Below, in pieces: positions 40,698 through 50,430 of a stretch of DNA of 52,805 bases. Within the stretch, counting starts at the first letter, position 1; every line of letters starts with the position of its first letter. Under the pieces are notes generated by a model, which saw only the letters and a program-made list of their open reading frames with translations, was not told where the DNA came from and did not search any database. The translations under genes were made by a program, and so were the position numbers. The stretch is from Actinomycetes bacterium (lineage in GTDB: Bacteria; Actinomycetota; Actinomycetes; S36-B12; UBA5976). Location: NCBI GenBank assembly GCA_037131045.1, contig JBAXRV010000003.1:1-52805 (forward strand). The letters are read 5' to 3'.

Positions 40698-41462
40698 TTA
40701 GTGGGTTACGGTCACCGCAGGCCAGCGGTCCGTCACAATCGGTGCAGTTAACGCAGACAGGCTGACCTGTTGGCGGCCAGACTCGTCAAAATTGCTTGGG
40801 TCCAACCACTGTTCAAAGGCCCGTTGTGCGAGTGGCCAATCGCGATCAAGAATGGCAAACCACGCAGTATCGCGGTTACGGCCCTTCACCATCGTGGCTT
40901 GCCGGAATAATCCTTCAAAAGTCATCCCAAGCCGCATCGCTGCATTAATGGATGGCTGATTGAGAGAATTACACTTCCATTCATATCGACGGTATCCCAA
41001 ATCAAATACCTGCTTCATCATCAGGTACATCGACTCTGTTGCAATGGGGCGCTGTTGAATAACAGGTGAAAATGTAATCCAACCCACTTCAATGGATCCT
41101 GCGTTGGGATCAATGCGTAGGTAGGACGCTACGCCCACTGCTTTGCCGGATTCCCGATCAATAATGGCGTAAAAGAATGGATCAGCCTTGTGGTGCGCAC
41201 CTTCGGCCCACACCCGATACTCGGCGGCACTGGTAAATGGTCCTTGTGGCATGTAGGTCCACAATCGCCCATCAGTATCTAACGAATAGGCTTCCCATAA
41301 ATCTTGCGCATGTGAATCAGCATCAAGTGGCTCTAGGTAGCAATAGCGGCCTTGTAATGTGACATCTTGCGATGGCGTTGCTGGTTTGACAAAGCCGACA
41401 ACCGGTAAGCCGATTGGATCGCCAAACTCGTTAGGTTCATGAGATACATGCATAGAGACCAC
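40698..41462 (-). CDS. GNAT family N-acetyltransferase (RimJ/RimL-like)
   Basis: 254 aa. Acetyl-CoA-binding-type core QQRPIATESMYLMMKQVFDLGYRRYEWKC. Confidence 0.75.
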   Translation of the reverse strand: MVSMHVSHEPNEFGDPIGLPVVGFVKPATPSQDVTLQGRYCYLEPLDADSHAQDLWEAYSLDTDGRLWTYMPQGPFTSAAEYRVWAEGAHHKADPFFYAIIDRESGKAVGVASYLRIDPNAGSIEVGWITFSPVIQQRPIATESMYLMMKQVFDLGYRRYEWKCNSLNQPSINAAMRLGMTFEGLFRQATMVKGRNRDTAWFAILDRDWPLAQRAFEQWLDPSNFDESGRQQVSLSALTAPIVTDRWPAVTVTH

Positions 41463-41480
41463 GTTAGTGGCCTGTGTTTA

Positions 41481-42782
<1,302 letters not shown>

Positions 42783-42802
42783 TTAACTTTTCTCATTCAC
42801 AG

Positions 42803-43828
42803 TTACTTGATGCGAGTTCCGGTGGAACGAAGATCTTCACACGCGTGCATAACGCGCTCGGCCATGCCAGCTTCAGCAAGTTTGCCGTAGGCGCGTGGGT
42901 CATAGGCCTTCTTATTGCCAACATCGCCATCGACCTTGAGAACGCCATCGTAATTCTTAAACATGTGGTCAACGATTGGTCGCGTGAACGCATACTGAGT
43001 ATCAGTATCGATGTTCATTTTGATTACGCCATAGTCCAGCGATTCGCGGATTTCTGAAAGTAACGAGCCAGATCCACCATGGAAGACCAAATCAAGTGGC
43101 TTATCTTTACCAGGATGCTTAGCTTTCACAGCTTCTTGAAGGTCCTGAAGAATGAGCGGCGTTAAAACAACGTTTCCCGGCTTGTACACACCGTGCACAT
43201 TTCCAAAAGTCGCCGCAACTAAATAGCGGCCGCGTTCGCCTAGGCCAAGTTTGTCCACCATCGCCAACGCATCTTCTGGAGTTGAAAATAACTTTGCATC
43301 ATGCTTTGCCTCGATACCGTCTTCTTCACCACCGACAACACCAATTTCAATTTCTAAAATAGTGTTTCCAGCCGCGCACTTGTCCAACATTTCGTCAGCT
43401 ACATCTAAGTTTTCTTCGAGTGTGACCGCAGAGCCATCCCACATGTGTGACTGGAATAGCGGCAGCAGTCCTTTTTTAGTGCGCTCAATTGAAATATCAA
43501 TCAGTGGACGCATGAAGCCATCTAATTTTTCGGGCGGGCAATGATCTGTATGCAATGCAATGTTGACGTCGTAGTAAGCAGCAATCGCATGCGTGAATTC
43601 CGCTAACGCAACCGAACCGGCAACCATGTTCTTAACTAACTGTCCCGAAGCAAATTCCGCGCCGCCCCAAGACACCTGAACAATGCCGTCACTTTCTGCT
43701 TGCGCAAATCCGCGGATCGCAGCAACGATTGACTGTGACGACGTGCAGTTAATCGCTGGATAAGCGAATGCTCCAGCCTTGGCACGGTCCAACATTTCGT
43801 TGTAAACCTCGGGGGTGGCGATTGGCAT
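42803..43828 (-). CDS. fbaA: class II fructose-bisphosphate aldolase
   Basis: MPIATPEVYNEMLDRAK..FAYPAINC is the typical N-terminus. ATG at 43828 is chosen; the ORF track extends 55 codons further upstream. Confidence 0.93.
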   Translation of the reverse strand: MPIATPEVYNEMLDRAKAGAFAYPAINCTSSQSIVAAIRGFAQAESDGIVQVSWGGAEFASGQLVKNMVAGSVALAEFTHAIAAYYDVNIALHTDHCPPEKLDGFMRPLIDISIERTKKGLLPLFQSHMWDGSAVTLEENLDVADEMLDKCAAGNTILEIEIGVVGGEEDGIEAKHDAKLFSTPEDALAMVDKLGLGERGRYLVAATFGNVHGVYKPGNVVLTPLILQDLQEAVKAKHPGKDKPLDLVFHGGSGSLLSEIRESLDYGVIKMNIDTDTQYAFTRPIVDHMFKNYDGVLKVDGDVGNKKAYDPRAYGKLAEAGMAERVMHACEDLRSTGTRIK

Positions 43829-43969
43829 GAAAACTCCTCTAAAGCGCGGATACAGGTACTGCTTGGGCGCCGTTGCCCGCCGTCCTATTGTGCCAGATTG
43901 CAGCAGTGGATTCCGCCTAGGGTGGAATGCCACCACCGCGGTGCGACATTCGCCCGCTACTCTTGCAAC

Positions 43970-44605
43970 GTGACCACACAGATTTTGTTCCATGCAGGCT
44001 TACTAGACCCAGAAGGCTTACTCAAAGGCTTTGGTTCTGCTGCATTTGGTATCGCCTTAGTAATCCTTGTTATTGAATGCGGTGTCATTTTTGGGGCGAT
44101 TTTGCCAGGTGACTCATTGCTTTTCATTGTGGGAGTGTTGATTGCAAGCGGATTTATTTCGGTATCGCTGATCCCAGCAATCTTCGCAATGTCTGTTGCA
44201 GCATTTGTCGGAAACCTCATCGGTTACTGGACTGGAGCTCGACTGGGTCCGGCACTGTTTAAACGACCTGACTCAAAGATTTTCAAGCAAGAGTTCGTGA
44301 CCACGACCCACGATTTCTTCGACAAATACGGAACTCGAGCCATTGTGCTTGCTCGTTTTATTCCCGTAGTGCGTTCTGTCATCACCAGCATGGCAGGGAT
44401 CGGACAAATGAACTATCGAACATTCGCAATGTTCAGTGCGATTGGCGCAGTTGTCTGGGTCACTGTATTGACAGTGGCCGGTTACTTATTGGGTAACGTC
44501 ATTTTTGTTAAACAACACATTGATCTTGTCACCGTGGCCCTGATTGCACTTAGCGCCATTCCACTTGGACTTGCATACCTGCGTTCGCGCAGAACTAAAA
44601 AATAA
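43970..44605 (+). CDS. DedA family membrane protein
   Basis: ILPGDSLLF and ARFIPVVRSV signatures. The start is uncertain: GTG 43970 is preferred over ATG 43898, whose extra residues are rich in Cys/His/Trp. Confidence 0.8.
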   Translation: MTTQILFHAGLLDPEGLLKGFGSAAFGIALVILVIECGVIFGAILPGDSLLFIVGVLIASGFISVSLIPAIFAMSVAAFVGNLIGYWTGARLGPALFKRPDSKIFKQEFVTTTHDFFDKYGTRAIVLARFIPVVRSVITSMAGIGQMNYRTFAMFSAIGAVVWVTVLTVAGYLLGNVIFVKQHIDLVTVALIALSAIPLGLAYLRSRRTKK

Positions 44606-44608
44606 TTC

Positions 44609-44911
44609 TTAGCTGACCAGTACATCAACGTCGGAAATATTTCCCAGCGATGCGTTCACCTTCACGCGAGCCTTACCTCCAGGAATAAGTGCTACAAGAT
44701 TCCATTCTCCTGGAGCTGCAAAGAATCGAAATTCGCCAACTCGGGAAACCGGAACTTCTGCGACAAATTCGTCATTGTGGTCATGAAGCCGCACGTAGCC
44801 GATTGGCGTGGGGCCATCTGCATTGCTCACAACACCTTGAATGACTGCTTGACGTGACACATCAATGTGCTCCAACGACACTCCGCCGACTACGGCGCCA
44901 CATGAACTCAT
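44609..44911 (-). CDS. DUF1416 protein (SseC-like, partner of rhodanese)
   Basis: 100 aa with GYVRLHD..DEFVAEVPVSRVGEFRFFAAPGEWNLVAL. 4-nt overlap with the rhodanese gene. Confidence 0.8.
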   Translation of the reverse strand: MSSCGAVVGGVSLEHIDVSRQAVIQGVVSNADGPTPIGYVRLHDHNDEFVAEVPVSRVGEFRFFAAPGEWNLVALIPGGKARVKVNASLGNISDVDVLVS

Positions 44912-45756
44912 GCTTGACCTGGCTCGTCACCAAGAGCAACTGGAACACCGATTAGCGAACCGTACTCAGTCCATGAACCGTCATAGTTGCGCACATTCTT
45001 TACACCCAGAAGTTCCTTGAGAACAAACCACGAGTGAGAGGATCGCTCGCCGATTCGGCAATATGCAATTACATCTTCAGCAAGATTGACGCCGGCCCCT
45101 TCGTACAAAGCAATGAGTTCGTCATCGCTTTTGAACGTTCCATCTTCGTGTGCAGTCTTGCTCCACGGAATGTTCGCTGCCGTTGGTATGTGACCTGGCA
45201 CTTGGGATGTTTCTTGTGGCAAGTGCGCTGGTGCAAGTAAGCGACCAGCGTACTCATCGGGTGAACGCACATCCACCAGACCGGCGACACCAATCGCATT
45301 TAGTACATCATCACGGAACGCACGCAATGTACGGTCTTGCTCCTGTGCAACATAGTGTGTTGCAGGTCGAACCGTTTCGTCACTGACTAATTCGCGTCCA
45401 TCAAGTTCCCACTTCTTACGACCGCCATCAAGCAGACGCACATCTTGATGTCCGTACAACTTCAAGTACCAGTACGCATATGCTGCAAACCAGTTATTGT
45501 TTCCGCCGTACAGCACAACCGTGTCGTCATTACTTATACCTTTTGCACTCAGCAACGATTCCAGTGCAGACTTACTGATCACATCACGACGTAAACCATC
45601 CTGCAGATCCTTGCGCCAATTCAGTCCGACAGCTCCAGGAATGTGGTTGATGCCGTACGCGTCGGCATCTTCATCAACTTCCACGAATACAACTTTTGAA
45701 TCAGATAGATGAGCAATCGCCCATTCTGCATCTACTAGTACGTCCTTGCGGCTCAT
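44908..45756 (-). CDS. thiosulfate/3-mercaptopyruvate sulfurtransferase (tandem rhodanese)
   Basis: 282 aa with two rhodanese domains. Active-site loop AYCRIGERSSHSW. Confidence 0.9.
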   Translation of the reverse strand: MSRKDVLVDAEWAIAHLSDSKVVFVEVDEDADAYGINHIPGAVGLNWRKDLQDGLRRDVISKSALESLLSAKGISNDDTVVLYGGNNNWFAAYAYWYLKLYGHQDVRLLDGGRKKWELDGRELVSDETVRPATHYVAQEQDRTLRAFRDDVLNAIGVAGLVDVRSPDEYAGRLLAPAHLPQETSQVPGHIPTAANIPWSKTAHEDGTFKSDDELIALYEGAGVNLAEDVIAYCRIGERSSHSWFVLKELLGVKNVRNYDGSWTEYGSLIGVPVALGDEPGQA

Positions 45757-45818
45757 AGTCTCTTTCTCCCTTAAGTTTTTAATGTGTTAATTGAGATTGT
45801 GATAGTTCCCCAACGGAA

Positions 45819-46244
45819 CTAGTTGAACAACTTCTTTCCGATGACATACATTTCGCAACCTAGACAAATACCAAATGCTGCATTGAGAAAGGCTGCGCCC
45901 AAAGCAAGACCAACAGCAAGTTGGCCGAAAGCCGTTGCGCCGACTAGCAGACCAACGAGTCCGAGTGCGGCAAAGCCAAACCCGACGAGCTGAGCAAACT
46001 GTGGCGGCTCAACATCCTCAAGTTGCTGTGGAGGGCCAAGGCGACGAGCCAGAAATTTGCGATAAAGAATTCCATATGGCTGCGCATGGAGACCCACAAA
46101 GGCACCGAGTCCAAAAACGATTGCCTGAAGTGCCAGCAATACTGTGGCAACCGTTGATGGAATCACGAGCAACACAAGTGCCAACACAACCGTTGTCAGT
46201 GCAGCACCGAATCGCGGTCCACGTGGATCGATTTGCTTACTCAT
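45819..46244 (-). CDS. DUF4395-like membrane protein
   Basis: 141 aa. N-terminus DPRGPRFGAALTTVVLALVL, 4 TM segments, and C-terminal CLGCEMY. Confidence 0.7.
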   Translation of the reverse strand: MSKQIDPRGPRFGAALTTVVLALVLLVIPSTVATVLLALQAIVFGLGAFVGLHAQPYGILYRKFLARRLGPPQQLEDVEPPQFAQLVGFGFAALGLVGLLVGATAFGQLAVGLALGAAFLNAAFGICLGCEMYVIGKKLFN

Positions 46245-46476
46245 TTTTCAAAATCCTTTAGTTGGTTGCCACTACAAACGTGTTAATTCAAGGTCGCGCA
46301 CAACGACATTGAACTCAGCGGCAACAACACATGGAGGAACTGAGCAAACCGAAATCGACGATTCGGCGCTTTGTGAGAGACACTCCGTGTGACATGTCTC
46401 TAAAAATAGAGCACAACGCTGATTAATGAAAATGCTCAGAGACTATTTGCAAACCCTTCGCAGTCAGATGTGTCTG

Positions 46477-47442
46477 TCAGGATGATTTTGAGGTCAGGCT
46501 GGCTAAAACTACGGCTGATCCAGTGATAACCAAACCCAACAGCAGTTGGAACGTAATGTGTGTAACCGATGTTGGGAACACAAGATCAATAAGAATCGCT
46601 CCTGAGAGCTGACCCAAAACCGATGCCAAGGTAAAGATAAAGACTCCGAGCGTGCGTGCCATGTATGCAGCGACGAGCACAAAGAACACACCAAACGGGC
46701 CACCCAACCAAATCACTGGATTCTGAAGTGGAGTCGGCGGCATTGTGAAATCTGCCTGACCAACAAGACGCATCACACCGAAGACCAGCAACAGCGTCAC
46801 TAGCCCGACAACAAAGTTCATAGTGGTCGCGGCCAATGCGTGTCCCGTCCTGATGGCCACTTTGCCATTGAGCGCCGGCTGTGTTGAAACAAAACAGCCA
46901 GCCGCAAAAGTTGCTAAAACTCCGCCGATTGCAAAGCTGGCTTGCGATGCTTGACCGGCCACCGAGATCACCACACCGATGACGCCAAGAATTGCTGAGA
47001 AAATCCGTCCTTGAGTAATTGCTTGCTTACCGGCAGGACCAATTCCAATTTTGTCGACAAAAAGTGCGCCTGCAGTTTGTCCCGCAACTGCTGCGATTGT
47101 AAAGATTGCAACACCGGTTGCTGCAACAAGATCGCTTTGAATCGCCACAAACGTTGCACCAGATAGGCCACCAAGCAATTGCCAACGCTGAAGATCACCA
47201 ATCCGAACCAAGTGTCGAATGCTAAAGAATGAGTCGCGGGCAGGTTTCTTAAATGCCAGCAAAAGTACCAGCGACGCCAAGCCCGAGATAAAAACTAAAA
47301 TTGCTGTGAACAAAGCATTGTGCGTGTATTTGTTCAGTTCCGCATTCACGCTGGACTGGCCAGTAATGATGATTGATGCAAAGAACGTAGTGACGATATG
47401 GTGAAACTTCACCTGACGGATTTGTAATGGTTCGTCTGACAT
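46477..47442 (-). CDS. DMT-superfamily transporter, internally duplicated YdcZ/DUF606-like
   Basis: 321 aa with about 10 TM segments. The two halves share LLGGLSGATFVA...VAGQTAGALFVDKIGIGP and WLGGPFGVFFVL...VLGQLSGAILIDLVFP. Confidence 0.7.
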   Translation of the reverse strand: MSDEPLQIRQVKFHHIVTTFFASIIITGQSSVNAELNKYTHNALFTAILVFISGLASLVLLLAFKKPARDSFFSIRHLVRIGDLQRWQLLGGLSGATFVAIQSDLVAATGVAIFTIAAVAGQTAGALFVDKIGIGPAGKQAITQGRIFSAILGVIGVVISVAGQASQASFAIGGVLATFAAGCFVSTQPALNGKVAIRTGHALAATTMNFVVGLVTLLLVFGVMRLVGQADFTMPPTPLQNPVIWLGGPFGVFFVLVAAYMARTLGVFIFTLASVLGQLSGAILIDLVFPTSVTHITFQLLLGLVITGSAVVLASLTSKSS

Positions 47443-47567
47443 CTGTGGCTACCGTCACCTTAAATTTGGAGTTCCCGCTTGCATGCGCTATTCCTGCACC
47501 CTATCCGAGGGAACAGAAGTTGTCGGGTTCGTGTTAGATGTAAGTACAAGGAAGTGGTGATAAACCA

Positions 47568-47996
47568 ATGGACAACGGGCAACTCATAGTGGTTTTCGTG
47601 CTTTTGGTGGGAACAGTTTTCGGTCTGAATCGGCTCCGCACTGACGGCAAAGTCAATCTGCATCGGCCCGGCTCGTATGTGACGCAAGCGGAACTGGGTC
47701 ACCCCATGGGCAATCGGGCAACGTTCATCCAGTTTTCCTCGCCCTACTGCCAGCCCTGCAAAACAACGCACTCGATTGTGCAGGACTTAGCGCAGTCCAG
47801 CCCGCAGGTTGCTCACGTTGACCTGCAGGTTGCCGATCACTTGGATTTAGTCAATCAACTGCACATTATGAGGACGCCGACGACTGTGCTGCTCGATTCC
47901 CGAGGGCACGTCGTGTCCCGAATTGAAGGAATCCCTCGGATTGATGAACTACATGATGCCCTGGTAAAAATCCTTGATACGCAAGGACAAGCCTGA
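47568..47996 (+). CDS. thioredoxin-fold protein with N-terminal membrane anchor (CxxC = CQPC)
   Basis: 142 aa. TM segment LIVVFVLLVGTVFGL, redox motif SSPYCQPCK, and the cis-Pro region MRTPTTVL. Confidence 0.8.
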   Translation: MDNGQLIVVFVLLVGTVFGLNRLRTDGKVNLHRPGSYVTQAELGHPMGNRATFIQFSSPYCQPCKTTHSIVQDLAQSSPQVAHVDLQVADHLDLVNQLHIMRTPTTVLLDSRGHVVSRIEGIPRIDELHDALVKILDTQGQA

Positions 47997-48071
47997 CCTG
48001 CTTGATAATGCGCACCGCAAAGTTAGGTACGCTATTACTAAATCGCGGCCACACGTCAGTAGGTGAGCAAC

Positions 48072-48779
48072 ATGGCATCCATCCTGTTACTCACCCGTGC
48101 ACTCATTCCATCAAGTGCGGTACTGCCCGGTCTAGAGCTGCTCAGCCATCGCATCAAAGTCATGAGTCCTGAACCCACTGCGCTGATCACGGCGCCTGTT
48201 GCCGACGTGATTATGTTGGATGGTCGAACTGATCTGGCTGCTGCGCGCAGTTTGTGCCGACTCATGGAAACCACAGGCAATACCAGCCCGGTCATTGTGA
48301 TCACAACTGAAGGCGGCTTGGCGGCAGTCAATCACGAGTGGATGCTTGCCGATGTCATTTTGGAAACAGCTAGCCCGGCAGAAATCGAAGCTCGCATCCG
48401 CTTAGCAATTGGTCGTACACACGCCGAAAGCGTGGCATTAAACCAGCAGGAAATTCGAACGGGTGATCTCGCAATTGACGAAAATGCGTACTCTGCGAAA
48501 CTTCGCGGTCGTACGTTAGATCTGACCTTTAAAGAATTTGAGCTTCTGAAGTTTCTCGCACAACATCCTGGTCGGGTTTTTAGTCGTGAACATTTGTTAC
48601 AGGAAGTCTGGGGCTACGACTATTTCGGAGGTACCCGAACGGTTGACGTTCATGTTCGCCGGTTGCGCGCCAAACTCGGACCCGAAAACGAATCCTTAAT
48701 CGGAACAGTTCGCAACGTTGGGTATCGCTATGTTGCTACGCCCACCGCGGATCGTGAATCACACGACATTTTGGTTTAG
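48072..48779 (+). CDS. glnR: orphan OmpR-family response regulator GlnR (global nitrogen regulator)
   Basis: [60 protein letters not shown] closely parallels Streptomyces GlnR as I remember it. C-terminal winged helix [14 protein letters not shown]. Sits next to mshD, as Rv0818/Rv0819 do. ATG at 48072 has the SD AGGTGA; the ORF track starts at GTG 48063. Confidence 0.85.
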   Translation: MASILLLTRALIPSSAVLPGLELLSHRIKVMSPEPTALITAPVADVIMLDGRTDLAAARSLCRLMETTGNTSPVIVITTEGGLAAVNHEWMLADVILETASPAEIEARIRLAIGRTHAESVALNQQEIRTGDLAIDENAYSAKLRGRTLDLTFKEFELLKFLAQHPGRVFSREHLLQEVWGYDYFGGTRTVDVHVRRLRAKLGPENESLIGTVRNVGYRYVATPTADRESHDILV

Positions 48780-48790
48780 TACCTGAACCA

Positions 48791-49735
48791 ATGGACATTC
48801 GCATTGAGATGTTGTCACGTCTTGACCAGACCATCATTCACGAGATTAAAAATGTCATCAGCACAGCAACCAGTTTCGACGATCTTGCGCCACTGTCCGA
48901 GCATGTCCTGATTCATATCAATCACGGTGGCGATGAATCCGACGAGCATCTTCTAGCTCGTGACAACAGCGGCGACCTCATCGGGTACCTGCATCTTGAT
49001 CAAACCGATGAAGTTGCAGGCCCGGTCGTTGAACTTGTTGTCAATCCGCAGAATCGGCGCCAAGGAGTAGGCACTGCATTAGTTCAAGCGGCACTCACAC
49101 ATTCCGGAAGCCCACTCTTTCGCCTCTGGGCACATGGTGAACTCATCAGTGCTCATTCACTTGCACGTAGTTTAGGTTTCGTATCAACTCGCGAACTCTG
49201 GCAAATGCGCCGATCACTGCTTGCTCCACTGCCACGCATCACTGCACCTGCTGACATCACAATGAGAACCTTTATCCCTGGTCAGGATGAGCAGGAATGG
49301 GTAGAGCTCAACGCCCAGGTGTTTGCAGAACATCCTGAACAAGGACAACTTGCCCGACGCGACTTAGACATACGCATGAACGAAAAATGGTTTGACCCCG
49401 AGGGATTCCTTATCGCTACCCGAGACAATCGCATGGTGGGATTTCATTGGACTAAAGTGCACGGCGGAATCCGACGCGGTCCTCATGATCACCCTGAAGT
49501 AGGAGAAATTTACGTACTTGGTGTTTCCCCGGGCGAACGTGGGACTGGGCTCGCCAAATATTTAAGCGTCAAGGGTTTGGAGTATCTACGCAATCACAAT
49601 TTGAGTGCAGCCATGTTGTACGTCGATGCAGACAATCTTTCAGCTCGCGCGCTCTATGAAAGCATTGGTTTTTCGCACTGGGATACTGACGTGATGTTCC
49701 AACGACCGATTGCAACGAAGTCGAACTCTCGCTAG
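48791..49735 (+). CDS. mshD: mycothiol synthase (tandem GNAT)
   Basis: 314 aa with two GNAT domains (RRQGVGTALV and ERGTGLAKYL), in the expected position after glnR. Confidence 0.88.
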   Translation: MDIRIEMLSRLDQTIIHEIKNVISTATSFDDLAPLSEHVLIHINHGGDESDEHLLARDNSGDLIGYLHLDQTDEVAGPVVELVVNPQNRRQGVGTALVQAALTHSGSPLFRLWAHGELISAHSLARSLGFVSTRELWQMRRSLLAPLPRITAPADITMRTFIPGQDEQEWVELNAQVFAEHPEQGQLARRDLDIRMNEKWFDPEGFLIATRDNRMVGFHWTKVHGGIRRGPHDHPEVGEIYVLGVSPGERGTGLAKYLSVKGLEYLRNHNLSAAMLYVDADNLSARALYESIGFSHWDTDVMFQRPIATKSNSR

Positions 49736-50430
49736 TAAGTAATCACAGCATCGCCGGGTTTGTATTCAATGCGCCCGCTAGATTCAAGAATCCATACGGA
49801 TTGAAGTCCCTGTACCACCCATTCATGAGGACCACCGACAAGCGCGGTCTCTTCGTCGATTCCGATAATGGTGACACCCTCGGGCACTTTCATGATGCGC
49901 ATTGCAAGATCCGGAATCCAACTAAACATTTTGTCAAAATGGGGCAGCACGCGAAGGTGTGGCAACACCCCTAAGCCACGTGTTGATTGGTGATGCGGCA
50001 ATCGCAATGCTGGAATGTGATCTGCGATGGCCATCGCTCCTGCACTGCATCCTGCTAATGCAGCCCCTTGCTGCCACGCTGCGGCGATCGCATTCCACAC
50101 GGGAGTGTCTCGCAAGGTATTAGCCAAAAAACTTGGATTGCCCCCTGACAAATAGATCAGTCCAGCACCAGCGATGAGATCAACTAAGTCCTGCCGGTGA
50201 GCATCTTCTCGAGTGCGCACTAAAACTGGCACGGCAGTCACGCCAAGGCGCTGTGCCTGTGCTTGTCCTAACGAAACCCAATGATCAAGTGACCTATCGC
50301 CTTCAGGAGCCGCTGCGGTAGGAAGTTGCACATACCGTGGATTGCGTCCCTCAAGCAATGCCGCTTCGATGCCCTGCATAACTGGTAAGTACTCACCAGA
50401 GCCCACTAACGCAATCGGCCCGGGAGTCAT
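49732..50430 (-). CDS. peptidase S51 / cyanophycinase-like (class I glutamine-amidotransferase-like fold) protein, catalytic residues apparently present
   Basis: GSGEY N-terminus, YLSGGNP, nucleophile elbow GCSAGAM and HFD. ATG at 50430 forms an ATGA overlap with the upstream gene stop; the longest ORF reaches 50448. Confidence 0.75.
   Translation of the reverse strand: MTPGPIALVGSGEYLPVMQGIEAALLEGRNPRYVQLPTAAAPEGDRSLDHWVSLGQAQAQRLGVTAVPVLVRTREDAHRQDLVDLIAGAGLIYLSGGNPSFLANTLRDTPVWNAIAAAWQQGAALAGCSAGAMAIADHIPALRLPHHQSTRGLGVLPHLRVLPHFDKMFSWIPDLAMRIMKVPEGVTIIGIDEETALVGGPHEWVVQGLQSVWILESSGRIEYKPGDAVITY

Noticed and set aside
46376-46406. The 7-bp hairpin AGAGACA-N12-TGTCTCT followed by AAAAA, considered as a terminator
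   Set aside because: On the plus strand it is followed by an A-run, not a T-run. On the minus strand, the only transcribed direction here, the T-run precedes the stem. It does not fit an intrinsic terminator in either direction.
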